This document shows positions 34,349-46,844 of a stretch of 64,000 nucleotides of DNA, piece after piece; position 1 is the first letter of the stretch; the number at the start of each line of letters is the position of its first letter. The notes below the pieces were generated by a model. The model worked only from the letters and a program-made list of their open reading frames with translations. It did not search any database and had not been told where the DNA came from. A program made the translations under genes and the position numbers. Location: NCBI RefSeq assembly GCF_016432865.1, contig NC_067398.1, positions 715,666,001 to 715,730,000 of the forward strand, given 5' to 3'. This DNA comes from Antechinus flavipes. Its lineage: Eukaryota.

Positions 34349-36938
34349 CTGGGGGAGCCAGAGGAGGAGAATATGAGGGGCTGTCACAGGGCAGGCAGAG
34401 CCAGGAACCCCAGGCCCACTGTATTGGGCCAGGAAGCACTGTCTAGGCACGAGGGGACATATGGAAATTTTTGCCCCTTGGGCCTCCACAGAGCTGTGGC
34501 CAGGAGAAGGGCGAGATGGGGGCGCCAGCTCTGTGTGCCCCTCCCCCCACCACACTCATGGCTGCCTCCTCTGAGCCTTTGTTCCATCCCTAAGTGGGCA
34601 GGTTGGGACCTGTCCTTGAAGGTCGGGAACAAATTGTTCCCAGAGAAAACAAGAACCACGGGCCAGGAGAGAAAATGCCCCAGATCACTGCTGGAAAGGA
34701 AATGCAAAGCACAAGCCCCCGAGATGGTGCCTCCCACCCAGCACATGGGCAAAGATGACGAAGGAGGGGACCGTTGGAGGGGTCACGGGGAGATAGGTAA
34801 GCGAGTGCATTGTTGGTGGAGCTGCAAAGTGGTGCGACAGGCTGGCGAGCAACTTGGAATCATTCAGAGACAGCGGCCCGGGAGCCTGGGCCTGGGCACC
34901 CACACACTTCCCTTGTGGACAAACGTCTCCAAAAGGTCAGTGAAAAAAAGAACGGTTCCTATTTCCACGCTGTATTTATGACAGGACTTTTGTAGAGAAC
35001 AGGTCACTGGGGAATGAGGAACAATGAATGTGCTGAAGATGGAGAAGTGTGAGGGGATATGGGTAAACTGAGGCAGAGTGAGGTGAGGACGAGCAGAAAT
35101 AAGAGTGCCCGAGGCCAACGGACACGTGAGCAGGCCTATCGTGGAAGCCCAGGCTTGGCTCTGGGGAGGGCAGAACGTGGGCCTCCTGATGCCCTCCCTG
35201 AAGAGGTGGGGGACTATGGGCACCTGCTGGGCAGGGTCAAGCCTGGTGCTGGGAGGTGTGAGTCAGATCAGAGCGAGATTTCCATGGAAGTTAAGGCTGG
35301 AAGGGCCCCCCGGGCCACTCCCTCATTCTACTGGGGAGAAAGCAGGGCCCAGAAGTTCTTGCCCGGGGTCACACGGGTTCTGTGACCAGGAAGGACTGGG
35401 GACAAGCGTGAGCGACAGCCTCCGGTGTCCCTCCAGCTCTGGCCCAGAGAGAAGAGGCCGGGTAGCAGGCGGGCGGGCCACGTAAGCCTCCACGGGAGCC
35501 TACTGCCAACCCAACCTCAAGAAGGCTCGGGGGCCTCCCCGTCCTTGGCCACCCCTGACCTTACAGGCAGGAGAGTCGGGTCGGAGCCCTTTCCTCCCCC
35601 CACCACCACCCCTGCCCTCCATCTGCTCTGCACCCGCTCCGTGTGGGGGAGGGGCTGGCCTGCTCAGAGCGGGAGCTTCCTGCGGGCAGGGCCTGCCGCC
35701 CCTCTGTCTCTCTCCCCCCCAGATTGAGCACTGGGCCTGGCACACAGCAAGCACTTAACCAGCTCATGCCCCACGGGAAGGAACAGATGTAGATTTGGCT
35801 CCTGGGAAGGAGATGCGGCCCCTGGAGCTCCCCGACACTGACAGGGGCTGGGCCGGGATCTCATGGGGACGTTCCCAGGCAGGTGGATGCAGAGCCGGCC
35901 CCCGGGCCATGGCAGCCAAGAATCCGTCTCCCGGCAGACCCCGAGCAAAGGGGCACGTGAGCGCAAGGAGAGGCTTTGTGGCCAACAAGGTGAGTTAGTG
36001 CAAGAGACGGAGGGAGGACAAGGGGGGACCCGGGGAGCCCCGAGCTGTCAGCAGGCCTGGCCCAGGCCCAGGAGGAGGCAGGAGCGCTCACAGTGCAGAA
36101 GTCAGAGATCTGACGAGCGAGGAAGGGTGGGATGGTGACGAGGCCATGAGGGGCTGTGGGGGCTGGGCACCGAGGGAGGGAGGCAGAGGAGGCTCATCCA
36201 TGAGACCTGGGAGCTCTGGGGGGGTCTCACAAAGACCCACCCCAACAAGGAAGGGACAGGGAGGCTCATGAGAGACAACAGAGAGCAGAGAAGGCACCTG
36301 ACAGCTCCCCCTCCCCCGGCCCCTTTCACTGGCTCCCTATTCAATGGCCCCAGAGAAGCACAAAGGGAGCAGCTGAGCTTCCAGGGGCAGGAGGGGGAAG
36401 GGAGGGCACAGCCAGCCCTGGCTGGGCCTGGCCAGCTGTCAGAAAGTCCCGCCCCCCCAGGAAACAGACCCCGGCCTCCCCTCCTGTCCAGCCCACCCAA
36501 GATCTGTAGGCCCAGGGAGCGGGGAGACACTGCACAGCAGGAGGGACCCCAAAAAGAGGACAGCACAGACACCAGGGCCCCTAAAGAGGGGACAGCACAG
36601 CCCCCCAAAAAGGGGACAGACAGCAGAGCCCCCACAACGAGAGGATGGCACAGACAGCAGGGCCCCCCAAAGGGGCTCAGCAGCCCCACCATGACTGACT
36701 CAGCTCAGTTTTTATAAATGGATCCTGGCTAAGATCCTAAGCCCAGAGGGTGCTGGGAGGTTCACCCCAAGGGGCAGAGACCAGGTTCCCCCCCACCTGC
36801 TACTCCAAGGGGGGGATTCGAGAAGACATGGAGAAATCGCTGATAGATCTCCTCGAAGGACCTGCCCGAGATCAGAAAGAGGCCTTGAACCCAGGGCCTT
36901 GGCCTGACATCTTGACATGGGCAAAAGGGGACACTCAC

Positions 36939-37028
36939 GTTGTGGGAGAAGGCGTAGGGGGTGATCCACACGATGGGCTGGCCCAGAACCTCGGCCTGGT
37001 AGTAAATCCCTTTGATCGACAGGAAGAC
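36939..37028 (-). CDS. PES1: PES1 exon 6 ([30 protein letters not shown])
   Basis: 90 nt; cccag| and |gtgagt. Confidence 0.97.
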
Positions 37029-37143
37029 CTGGGGGGGAAGGGCAGGTAAGGAGAGGAGAGCACGGGGAGGAAGGGGGGTGGGGGGTGGCGGCGGGGAGGG
37101 GGCAGCAGGGAGGGGTGCCCAGCGCTGGGGTCCCCGGGCGCAC

Positions 37144-37315
37144 CTTGCGCAGAGCCCGGGAGGCAATGACGTAGTTGAGGAACTCCACGGTGAGCCTCCG
37201 GCACAGCTGGATGGTCTGAACGTGGCACTTGCCCGTCCGGGGGAAGGTGGAGAACAGGAAGCACATGGAGAGGGCATCGTCCAGGTCTCGCAGGGCATCG
37301 ATGAAAGAGGGGTAC
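37144..37315 (-). CDS. PES1: PES1 exon 5 ([21 protein letters not shown]...RALRK)
   Basis: 172 nt; tccag| and |gtgcgc. Confidence 0.97.
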
Positions 37316-37999
37316 CTGGAGCGACAGGACGGGAATGAGAAGCCGGGGAGCCCCGGAGCCCCTCCCCCCCGCAGGGTGCGGCCTCCAAGGCCGCGGGGAC
37401 CCCCAGGGGCTTAGGCCTTAGCCCCTGTTCCCCTGAGACGCTGCTCCTGGCCAAGGCCACTCTGGCCAAGCATTTCTTGGGGGAGGGGTCACTAGCTGGC
37501 GCCACAATGTACAGAGCGATGGGCTGGGAAGACTCCTCTCCCTCAGACCAAATGTGGCCTGAGACTCTTTGCCAGCTGGTGAGCCCCGGCAAGTCCCTTA
37601 CCCACGTGCCACTGTCAAAGGAGGGGGAGGAGAAGGTGCCAACCCGGCTAGTCTCGGCCAAGAAAACCCCGCGGGGGGTCACTGAGAGCAGAGCCAGCGC
37701 CAGGCAGGGCTCTGGGCTTCCAGTTGGAAGGCACGGGGGGAGGGGAAAGGCACAGGGGGAGGGGGCGGGCACTCCCTCAGTCACCCCAGACCCTCCAGGG
37801 ACGCCCAACTGGACAAAGTTTTGATAAGGAGCCTGAGGTCCGAGTCATGAGAAGCCCCATGAGGCAGGGGCACCGGGAGCAGAGAACCAGCGGATGCCAG
37901 CCTGGAGGGGAAGGCCCCGGGGGGCCGAGTCCCAGAGGCAGCGCTGGGCCGTCCCAAGAGGGCCCCCCCTGACTCCGGCCCAGGGGCCCTGGGGCTCAC

Positions 38000-38109
38000 C
38001 GCTCCTTGATGATGTGGTCGAGCTTATAGACGGGCTTGTTGTCCTTCAGCCGCTCCACCGCGTTCCACTCGCTCTTTCCATAGGCTTTCCGGAGCTTCCT
38101 GACGAACAC
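38000..38109 (-). CDS. PES1: PES1 exon 4 ([15 protein letters not shown]...HIIKER)
   Basis: 110 nt; gcag| and |gtgagc. Confidence 0.97.
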
Positions 38110-39901
38110 CTGCCCAGAGGGAGGCCCAGGGCCGCCTTTTAAGGCCTCCCTTCTTCACCGGGAGCAACAAACCGCCCGTTTCCGGAGACTCCGAGGAGTC
38201 CGGCAACTTTCCCGCCTTTTTTTGCTGCTCTAGACTTTGAAGGCGACGACCTCCACCTTGCTGTCCCCCTCCCTCTTCCCCCTCCCCACCCCCACCATCC
38301 TCAATTAACAGGAAAACACCCAACTTGTCACAGATGCACATAATGGAACACAACGAGTGCCCGGGGGCCGACAGGGCCACTGCCGGGACCTGCCGAGTTC
38401 CCGCTGCACCTGGTCACTGACCCAGCCCAGATCCCCCCACGTCGCTCTCCCCCCATCTGAGGACCCAGGACACCCCCAGGCCACAGCCCGTTTGGCCCCT
38501 CCCCGGCGGACGGCCAACCCCTCAGGCCCCAACTCTCGGCTCCCAGGAGGCCTCTCAGGCCGTCCTCACGGGCCCCATGCAGGCAGAGCTTTGGGGAAGG
38601 GCCCGGAGAAGCCTCCCGCGCTCCGCGGGCTCTGTGGAGGCTGTGACTCGGGGCTGCCGGGAGCCCCTCTGGCCTAAGGCCGGTCAGGCCGTGGCCGGTG
38701 CCTCCCAATTTCTGCGGGGATTCCCGGCCCGTGGCCCACAGCTGGCAGGAGCTGGGAGGCCGGCACAGGGCCACAGCCGCGCCTGGCAGAGACCTGGGCT
38801 CCTATTTTACAAAGGGGCAGGACCGAGGCCCCGAGGGCTCCCATGGCTGCCCTGGAGCGCCAGCTTCTCTCCCTGGGCCCTCCCTGGGTCGGCTCGGGGA
38901 GGCCTCTCTCCCCCCAGACTAGAAGCTTCTTGAGGGCCCCCCCACCCAAGACTCTGCGCCCACGTTGGGAAGAGCCTGTGCCCGACTGCCCATGAGAGCC
39001 GGCCCCCGGGGAGGCCAGAGCCGGGCAGCCTGCCCCGAGTCCCGCAGAGGACGAGTCAGACGGAAGGGAGAGAGAGCCCAGGGAAGAACTTTGTGTGTCT
39101 CTCCCTGGCAGAGAGCTCCCCTCCCAAGCGGCTCTGGGCCTTCCTGTACCAAATGTAGCCATGACACAAGCAACCAAGTCACGTGGAGCCATCTGCTGTG
39201 GTCCTGAGCAGGGGAGCAGGGGGGAGGAGGGGAAGGGCCCGAGACAGGGGGTGTCAGACTGGGAAGGGCTGAGGACAGGGGGTGTCAGGGCTGCTGGGGG
39301 AGGGGGGCTTACAACAGGGGTGTCGCAGCAAAAGACCCCAGACTAAGGAGACCTGATCTGGCCGAACCCCTTCCTTCTGGAAGCTGGTGGGGCAGGCTGG
39401 GCCGGGGCTCATGGGATACGTTAGCAGAGGCAGGATCTGTGTTGTTCCCTCCCACCAGAAAAGTCTTTCTACTGCTAACTCCCACCTGATTTCTGTAGAG
39501 GGGCCTACAGTCCCTGTGAGGAGGGGGCCAGAGCCCTCGAGGGGGAAACTGAGTTTCTATGGACCTAAGCAATCTGCCCAGGAGCAGAGGCAGGATCTGA
39601 GGCAGGATTCGCACCCAGCTTCTCCCACCAGAGAATCCCTGGCTAACGACTTCTAGCCTCCTCTGCTTCCCTGCCACACCGAGGGCCTGGGGAGGACCAC
39701 ACAGCCTCCCATGGTGATCCAAGAAGCTCCTGCCAGGGGCTGGGCTAAACCCTGGGGGCACAAAGAGAAGGAAGAGCTGGACTCTGCCCATGCGGAGCTT
39801 CCAGTCAGAAGGGGAGCCACCCCCCCCCCCCCCGCTCCTCCCCCTCCGCCAACCACGATAAAGACGGCAGAGCCCACGGATGGGGCGAAGCAAAGCCTGA
39901 C

Positions 39902-40055
39902 CTTGTAGTCCCGGAACTTGTTGACGATGGGCTCGTGAAGGAGAAACTTGATGTCCTTGAGCAGGTAAAAGGTCCTGGCAGCCGTGGAGCCCTTGTTAAC
40001 CTTCTTCTTATGTTTGGGCTCATGGGGATAAATCCCCTTCAGGATACACAGGCGT
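39902..40055 (-). CDS. PES1: PES1 exon 3 ([22 protein letters not shown]...KFRDYK)
   Basis: 154 nt; ttccag| and |gtcagg; phase consistent. Confidence 0.97.
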
Positions 40056-41095
40056 CTGGAACAGAGGCAAACGCAGCCAGTGAGATCGGCACCCACTCTC
40101 TGCAGGCCGAGCAAGGGGCGCCCCGGGCCCTGGGGCTGCCCGGCCCCCATCAGCGACCGTGGGCCCTGCTCAGCCCCCCCAGCTCCCGTCCCAGCTGGGC
40201 ACTCTCATAGCCCAGAATCCCAGGCAGAGGGTGGGCAGGTGCCAGCTCTCCCGTGCGTTAGCCGGAGCACAGGCAGCGTGGTGGCCGGCAAAGTCAGGAA
40301 GGCCCCCTCAGAACGCCTCCACATCAATCACACAGAACCCCAGACGCGCTGTACGCGAGCAAGGGCAAAGGAACCCGAGCCCTACTCCCGTCCTGGCCCT
40401 ACGTGGTACACAAAAGCCCAGTCCCCCCACCCAAAGCGGGTACCGGGAAGACCAAACAGCTGTATCTGCTGGCAACTTGCAGTGTCGGGTAAAAACCCTA
40501 CCCCTAACCGAACCCGTCACCTGTGATGCACCCAGAAACGGGAGTTGTTATTAACAGCAGCTCATTGAGATTGTGGATAAAATAGAGCTTAGCACCAGAA
40601 GGGCCCCTTCGTGGGCCCCCAAAAAGGAAAGTCAGATTGACAGAAGGTCAGAGTTGGAAGGGGAGCAGGGTCATGGGGGCAAAGACCAAGAGATTTAAAG
40701 CCAAGGAACCTGAATTCAAGTCCAGGCTTACATAGTAACAGAATTTTTGCATATTTCTTTACCAATAATTCCTCATTTTATCCTCCCTGGGAAGTCCTCA
40801 TTCTACAGAGGAAGAAACTGAGGCAGTTCATTGAGCTGCCATTGCTTCCCTCTACGTCTCAATTTCCCCGGCAGTAGAATGTGCTTTGTGCACATCTCAT
40901 CATACAGACAAGAAAGCTGAGGTCCCCATGACCAGCTTAATGCCCTTTAAGAGCCGAGAAAGGAGAGGAGCCTAAGGAGAAGCTGAGAGAGGGGGGTGTC
41001 AGCCCTGCAAAGGCTCCTCCTACTCAAGGAGTAGGCCCGCCGTTCCCGCCCCCACCTCACGCCTGAAGGTTGGGCTCCGGAGGCCCCATTCTCAC

Positions 41096-41175
41096 CTGAA
41101 GTCAGCGAGGCTCAGCTGGAGCTTCTTCCTGGCTTTGTTTCTGGTGATGTAGTTGGTGGCAGATCCCCGCTCATA
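41096..41175 (-). CDS. PES1: PES1 exon 2 ([27 protein letters not shown])
   Basis: 80 nt; ag| acceptor and |gtgaga donor; peptide matches pescadillo. Confidence 0.97.
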
Positions 41176-41589
41176 CTTTCCGTGTGGAGGAAAAATAGAT
41201 TTCTTTGTTAACAACAACTTCTAGCCAATGACCATCAGACAACCCACAAGCACCCAGATGGAGCAACAGCCCGGCGAGAGCACGGCCCTATCGTAACAGG
41301 CCACAGGACTTCAGGGGCCTCCAGGCCAGCCTGGATCTGAACAACAATCTCCAAATGTGCATCTAAGAAGCCTTTGCTTAAAGACATCCTGAGAGGGGAA
41401 GGTTCAAATCCCAGCTCTGCACCTGCATGGCTTCGGACAAGGCCATCACCAACTGCGGCCTCAGTTTCCTCCGTAAAACAGAGCGAGATGATCTCTGAAG
41501 TCCCATGAGTCTTTAAGTTATGATCCTGTGAAGTGTCCTTCACTGCTTCCTTGGGCAAGTTCCTCTTGCACACAATGTCCCTTCTGGCA

Positions 41590-41790
41590 ACCAGCAGCAG
41601 GTGTGAGAGGTCCAGCCCATCCCATCGCTGCAGAGTTCGGGTCGAGCCCGTCCCATGGCCGCAGAGCTCGGCAGCCCAGCACCAGGCGTCAGGGGTCCCA
41701 CGGTCCCATCGCTGCAGAGTTCTGCCGCCCAGCACCAGGCGTGAGGGGTCCGGCCCATCCCATCTCTGCAGAGTTCGGCTGCCGTTGCAC
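41590..41790. repeat. Degenerate ~52-bp repeat in PES1 intron 1 (cccatcccatcgctgcagagttc)
   Basis: About four copies, read directly. Confidence 0.8.
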
Positions 41791-42539
41791 AAGCCGAGGG
41801 CCCTACCTTGGAGAGCACCAGAACCTCCAAGCCCTGGGCAGAGCAGGCACTTAAACGTTCACTGGTCCAATCCAAGAGCTAAGGGACCTCAGGATCAGGA
41901 ACTTGAAATTGAATAGGTTGACAGAGGCCTCAGAGCCCAAACTCCTCGAGGTGCAGATGAGGAAACTGAGGCTGAGATGGAGCCCAAGTTCACAAAGCTT
42001 GTGAGTATCCGAGGCAGCATCTGCAGCCTCTCAATCCCGTGCTCTGTGCACTAAGGTAGGCTGCCTCTCAGGGAAGCCGTCGGACAGGAAGGCAGCTCAG
42101 TGCCATCAGTCTAGAGCCAGCGGAGACCGCCAAGACGGGAAAAATGAGGAGACTGAGGACGCCAACCCCCCCCTTGCCCCATACGTGCAGTGAGGCTGGT
42201 ATCTGAAGCCGGATTGTCCAGAAGGTCCCGAGACCCCAGCTTGATGACTCCCTTCCCCCTCCCTCTAACGGTTGCTTTTAGTGGCCCCCCCCAGCCCCGC
42301 CCCCCCGGGACGCAGCCCGTCCTCAAACCTCAGCTTCTCTGACTCCATGACCAGAGACCCTTTCTCAAGGTACAGCTGTCCAATCCCTCCCTCAGGGATC
42401 CTTGCCGCCCCTGGCCCTCCGTATCCTCTCCCCTCAGAAGCCCCTCCTCCACCCACCCCCTTTCCCCCTCTCCGGTCTCATCCTTCTTTCCCTCAGCTCC
42501 CCCCCCCCCCATCACCCGTTCCCCCTGACACCTCCCCGG

Positions 42540-43330
42540 CTCCTCCGTACCTTCTTCTTCTCCAAGCCCCCCATAGCTGCCTCTTCTCACGGCAAGCACC
42601 GCGACAACAGCAGCGGTAGACACTTCCTGTCCACGCGGCCTCCGCAGGACCACGTGCTTCCGGGCGCTAAAGGGCCCCGACCCACCTCCTGTCGTCCTAC
42701 TTTGTGCCTGCTCGAAGCTACAAGGACTCCGCGGGGTGCTCAGCCATCAGGTTCTTTTCCTCCCATGGGGAGGTGCCGGATTCGGGGGTTCCGGATAAAG
42801 AGTGCTCCAGGCCGGCGATTCCGGACCGGGAAATCTGAAACGACTTTTCAGGCAGCGCGCTGGACAGCTTTCCGGGGGCGTAACCCACCCTGAAGGCCGG
42901 AGCTTGGCGCGAGGCACGCTGGGATGCAAGGGGGCGGAAATAGCGGCGGCAGTGGACGGTGGTAGACGGCGGAAAACTACAAGAGGCCGGAAATGGCGTA
43001 GGTAAGTCCGGGACTTGTTGGGGTGCAAGGGGGCGGAAACGGTGTTGGCGTATGTTGGGATGCAAGGGGGCGGAAATAGCGAAATGGGTGGCGTGCGGCA
43101 TGTAGGATAGCAAAGGGGCGGAACAGCAGCGGCTGCTGGTCCGCGGGAGATTGTGGGATACAGCGGGGCGCCCGCCCTAAGCTTTAACTATTGGGCTCCT
43201 TGTGAGAACCGGGCGACAGGAATTTCTGAGAACGTCACCCCGGGCCCGGAGGCGTGGCCGCCGAACCGGTCTCGTCGGGTCCTCGGATGGTGAAATGAGC
43301 TAGCTGTGAGCCCTACGCGGGGACCTGATT
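42540..43330. promoter_or_regulatory. PES1: PES1 CpG-island promoter (E-box, ETS, GC-box, YY1-like and ACTACA motifs)
   Basis: CpG-dense; CACGTG 42651-42656; CACTTCC/CTTCCGG ETS cores next to exon 1; repeated GGGGCGGAAA; ACTACAA 42976-42982; CCGGAAATGGCG 42987-42998. Confidence 0.8.
42551..42574 (-). CDS. PES1: Pescadillo homolog 1, exon 1 (MGGLEKKK)
   Basis: ATG GGG GGC TTG GAG AAG AAG AAG|gtacgg, inside a CpG island; identical to the human N-terminus. Confidence 0.96.
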
Positions 43331-44979
43331 TACCCTCCCTGGGAAATGGGACTAACCAACTTTTGTCGCCGTTTGCAGTTGGCTTGGGGGAGGGGCGAGG
43401 CGGGATTGGGTTCTAGTTCTGCCCGGGACACTTTGCGTCTCCGAAACCACCCTGAGATGGGTGTATCATGCGTTGCCCCATCCCCCACACCCTTCCCAGC
43501 AGGAGCCTCAAATGCATAAAATCAGTAAAGCCCAGAGAAAAGCGTGTAATGACCTGGCCAGCTTGATTAGGCACCTACTGTGTACCAGGCTTCGTGTAAA
43601 CACTACGTCTAATGAAGCTCACACCTTGTCTGGGAGGGAGGGGTGGTTGTGATTCCCACCCGATGGGTGAGGAAACTGAGGCAGGAGACTAAATAAGCTG
43701 AATATTTAAAACTAAAGGGAGGGAAGGGACTTGCCCAGGGTCACCCAGCCAGGAAGGATCTGAGACAGAATTCGAACTCAAGGTCTGCAGGAATCCTGGC
43801 GCAGACTCTGCGCCTTGGGGCACCCCCTGGCGGCAACTGGCTGTACAGAGGGAGAGAAGGCAGCGCTTGTGCTGTCAGAGGTGGCCGGGTGCCAGGCGCA
43901 GGGCTGGGCACTGTAAACAGGCGCCCCGCAGCAGGAGGCCCAGCCGTCCTCCCCTCGAGGGGCTTACCTTCTCCCCAGGGAGAACTTACTTTGTAGCCTC
44001 TGGCCAGCCTCAGTTTCCTGGGCTGTTAAATGAAAGGAGGAGTTTGGGTGGATTGAATTGTGAGGTCCGTCCCGGGCCCAGTCTTAGGGTTTTAATTAGA
44101 CCTCACAAAGCGGTCCGGAAGGCCTGCGGGCCAGCCCCATCTCTGACAGGACAGGGAAACCGTGTCCGTTACTTCCTGTGTAAAGTAGGAACAATGAACT
44201 TCCACCTCAAAGGTCTCTTGGGAAGCAACTAGATCAGAGAGATTTGGAATCTGGAAGACCTGGGGTACAGATCCTGCTTATGACAGTTTCCTGGGATCCC
44301 AGGCAAGCTCCGCTGGGAGCAGGCTGGATGTGGAAGACTTTAAAAACCAAACAGGATTCTACAGCTGATCCTGGAAATAATAGGGAGCCCCTGGAGGTTG
44401 TTGAGGAGGGAGTAGTCAGACCTGCGCTTTAGGAAGGTCACTTTGGCAGCAGACTGGAGATGGATTAGAGCAGGGAGAGACTTCCCCCACCAGCTTATGG
44501 CAGTAGTTCAGGTGGGAGAGGGTGAAGGTCAGGGCTGGGGTCATGGCAGTGTCAGAAAAGAGAAGGGGGCACCTGAGTGGAGGTGGAGGACCTGACAGCC
44601 AATTTGGATAGGGGTGATGGAGGTGAGGAGTTATAGCCGAAGGACCTCAGCAACAAGAAAGTGGGCAAGGGGAAGGGCTTGGGATCCCATATCCGAGAGA
44701 TGAGGTTGCCAACAGCACCTTCCTGGAGTAACTGTTGGGAGGACAAATGAAACAGCTTCTATAAAGCAATTTCCAGGCCTGAAGACACTATGTAAAAAAA
44801 CAATCTATTTTGAAACTGATTTGCAAATTTTAAGGATTCACAAAATAGGAGTTAATGTTAATAAGCACAGACTGTCGGCAAAACCAAAATGCCTAAGGAA
44901 TTAAAAAAAAATCTGATGCCTGTAGTTATTTCTGGAAGCTTCCTCTTTCTGAAAGTTTCAGGGTAAAGAGGGTCACAGA

Positions 44980-46760
44980 AGGTAAAATGGATAACTTGGA
45001 TTACATAAAATTGGAAAATGTTGCATAGACAAAACTAATGCAGCTCAAATTAAAAGGGAAGGTTAAATGAGGGGGAAAATCTTTGCAGCAAATTTCTCTG
45101 CTAAAAGTCTTAACATGGACATAGTCAACATGTATAGGACTGCTTGCCATCTGGGGGAGGGGGTAGGAGGAGGGAGGGATAAAGTCGGAACAGAAGTGAG
45201 TGCAAGGGATAATGTAAAGAAATTTTTTTCAAAATAAAAATTTTTTAAAAATCATAAGGTAATGAAATTGCCAAAAGAAGCTTGGGATCATTTAAAATTG
45301 TATAATTTCCCAAATACAATACACTCTTATTCCTTTTTCTTCATTTTTGGAGCCAGAATCTATACACCTGCAGCATCTGCATAAGGTATCATCTATGCAT
45401 TGATGTACTAGCTTTATAGACTATCCATTCAACTATATGTCCTGGTTTGGACAACAAACATCAAAAATGATGAAAATCCATTGATATTTTATTTCTATGT
45501 GGATTATCAGGTTGGATTCTCCTCAGTGATTCCTGATGTTTTTTAAGGAAATCTGTAATATTCTCGGGTTTGCTATAATCAGAACAATGTAAAGGAATGA
45601 AGACCTTAATAGCAATAGAGAATTTCTCTTCCACTCCAGAGACCTCCTTCCTGAAAGTGGTGAATACTTAAGGGTAATGGAGGTCTTATTTCATGTATAT
45701 GTTGATAGTCATGTATTACATAATACAATAAGCAAAATATTGTCAATTACCATAATTCTATCTTTGAAGAATATTGTATGCATTAAATTTAATGAAAAAG
45801 AATCAAATGTTTTATAATCAATAAAGTATGAAAATCTTTTTTTAAAAAAGTCTCAACATGAAAAAGGAATTGATTTAAATTTATAAGAATAAGAGCCCTA
45901 CTCCAACTTTCTTAAAAGAAAACATCTAATGTTTGTGGCAGCCCTTTTTGTGGTGGCTAGAAACTGGAAGATGAATGGATGCCCATCAATTGGAGAATGG
46001 CTGAATAAGTTATAGTATATGAATGTTATGCAATATTCTTCCTCTTTAAGAAATGACCAGCAGGAAGATTTCAGAGAGGCCTGGAGAGACTTACATGAAC
46101 TGATGCTGAGGAAAGTGAGCAGAACCAGGAGATCATTATATACTTCAACAACGATACTGTATGAGGATGTATTCTGATGGAAGTGGATTTCTTCAACAAA
46201 GAGAAGATCTAATTCAGTTCCAACTGATCAGTGATGGACAGAAGCAGCCACACCCAGAGAAGGAACACTGGGAAATGAGTGGGAACTGTTTGCATTTTTG
46301 TTTTTCTTCTCAGATTATTTTTACCTTCTGAATCCGATTCTTTCTGTGCAACAAGAAAATGGTTCAGTTCTGCACACATATATTGCATCTAGGATATACT
46401 ATAACATATTTAACATGTATAAGACTGCCTGCCATCTAGGGGAGGTGTAGAGGGAGGAAGGGGAAAAGTCAGAACAGAAGTGAGTGCAAGGGATAATGTA
46501 AAAAATTACCCATGCATATGTACTGTCAATAAAAAGTTATAATTAAAAAAAAAGAAATAGGGGAGGAAAAAGAAAACATAAACTTTTATCAGCCATATGG
46601 GAAAACAAAAGTAAAATGGGAAATTTTGATTACATAAAATTAAAAAGTTTTTATACAAACAAAACCAATACAGCTCAATTTAGAAAGTAAATTGTAAACT
46701 GAGGGAAAATATTCTTCAGCAAGTTTCTCTGATAAAAGTTTTATTTACAGAATATACAAG
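44980..46760 (+). mobile_element. Nest of L1 ORF2/3' UTR fragments, including a TSD-bounded insert at 45118-45845 and a young L1 3' end at ~45926-46565
   Basis: ORF2-like aatttctctgctaaaagtct; TSD aaaagtct(t/c)aacatg; TSD aaaagaaaacat around the young copy. Confidence 0.75.
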
Positions 46761-46844
46761 GAATGGAGCATATCCTTCTTAATCCCTTATCTCTCTTTTT
46801 TTAATTTTTAGGCATTCATTAAATGCCTACTTTGCGATAGATTT

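Noticed and set aside
45262-45815. Cargo of the TSD-bounded insert as a processed pseudogene
   Set aside because: I translated the plus-strand frames and found only short or unrecognisable peptides with frequent stops; a transduced non-coding flank fits better, pending BLAST.
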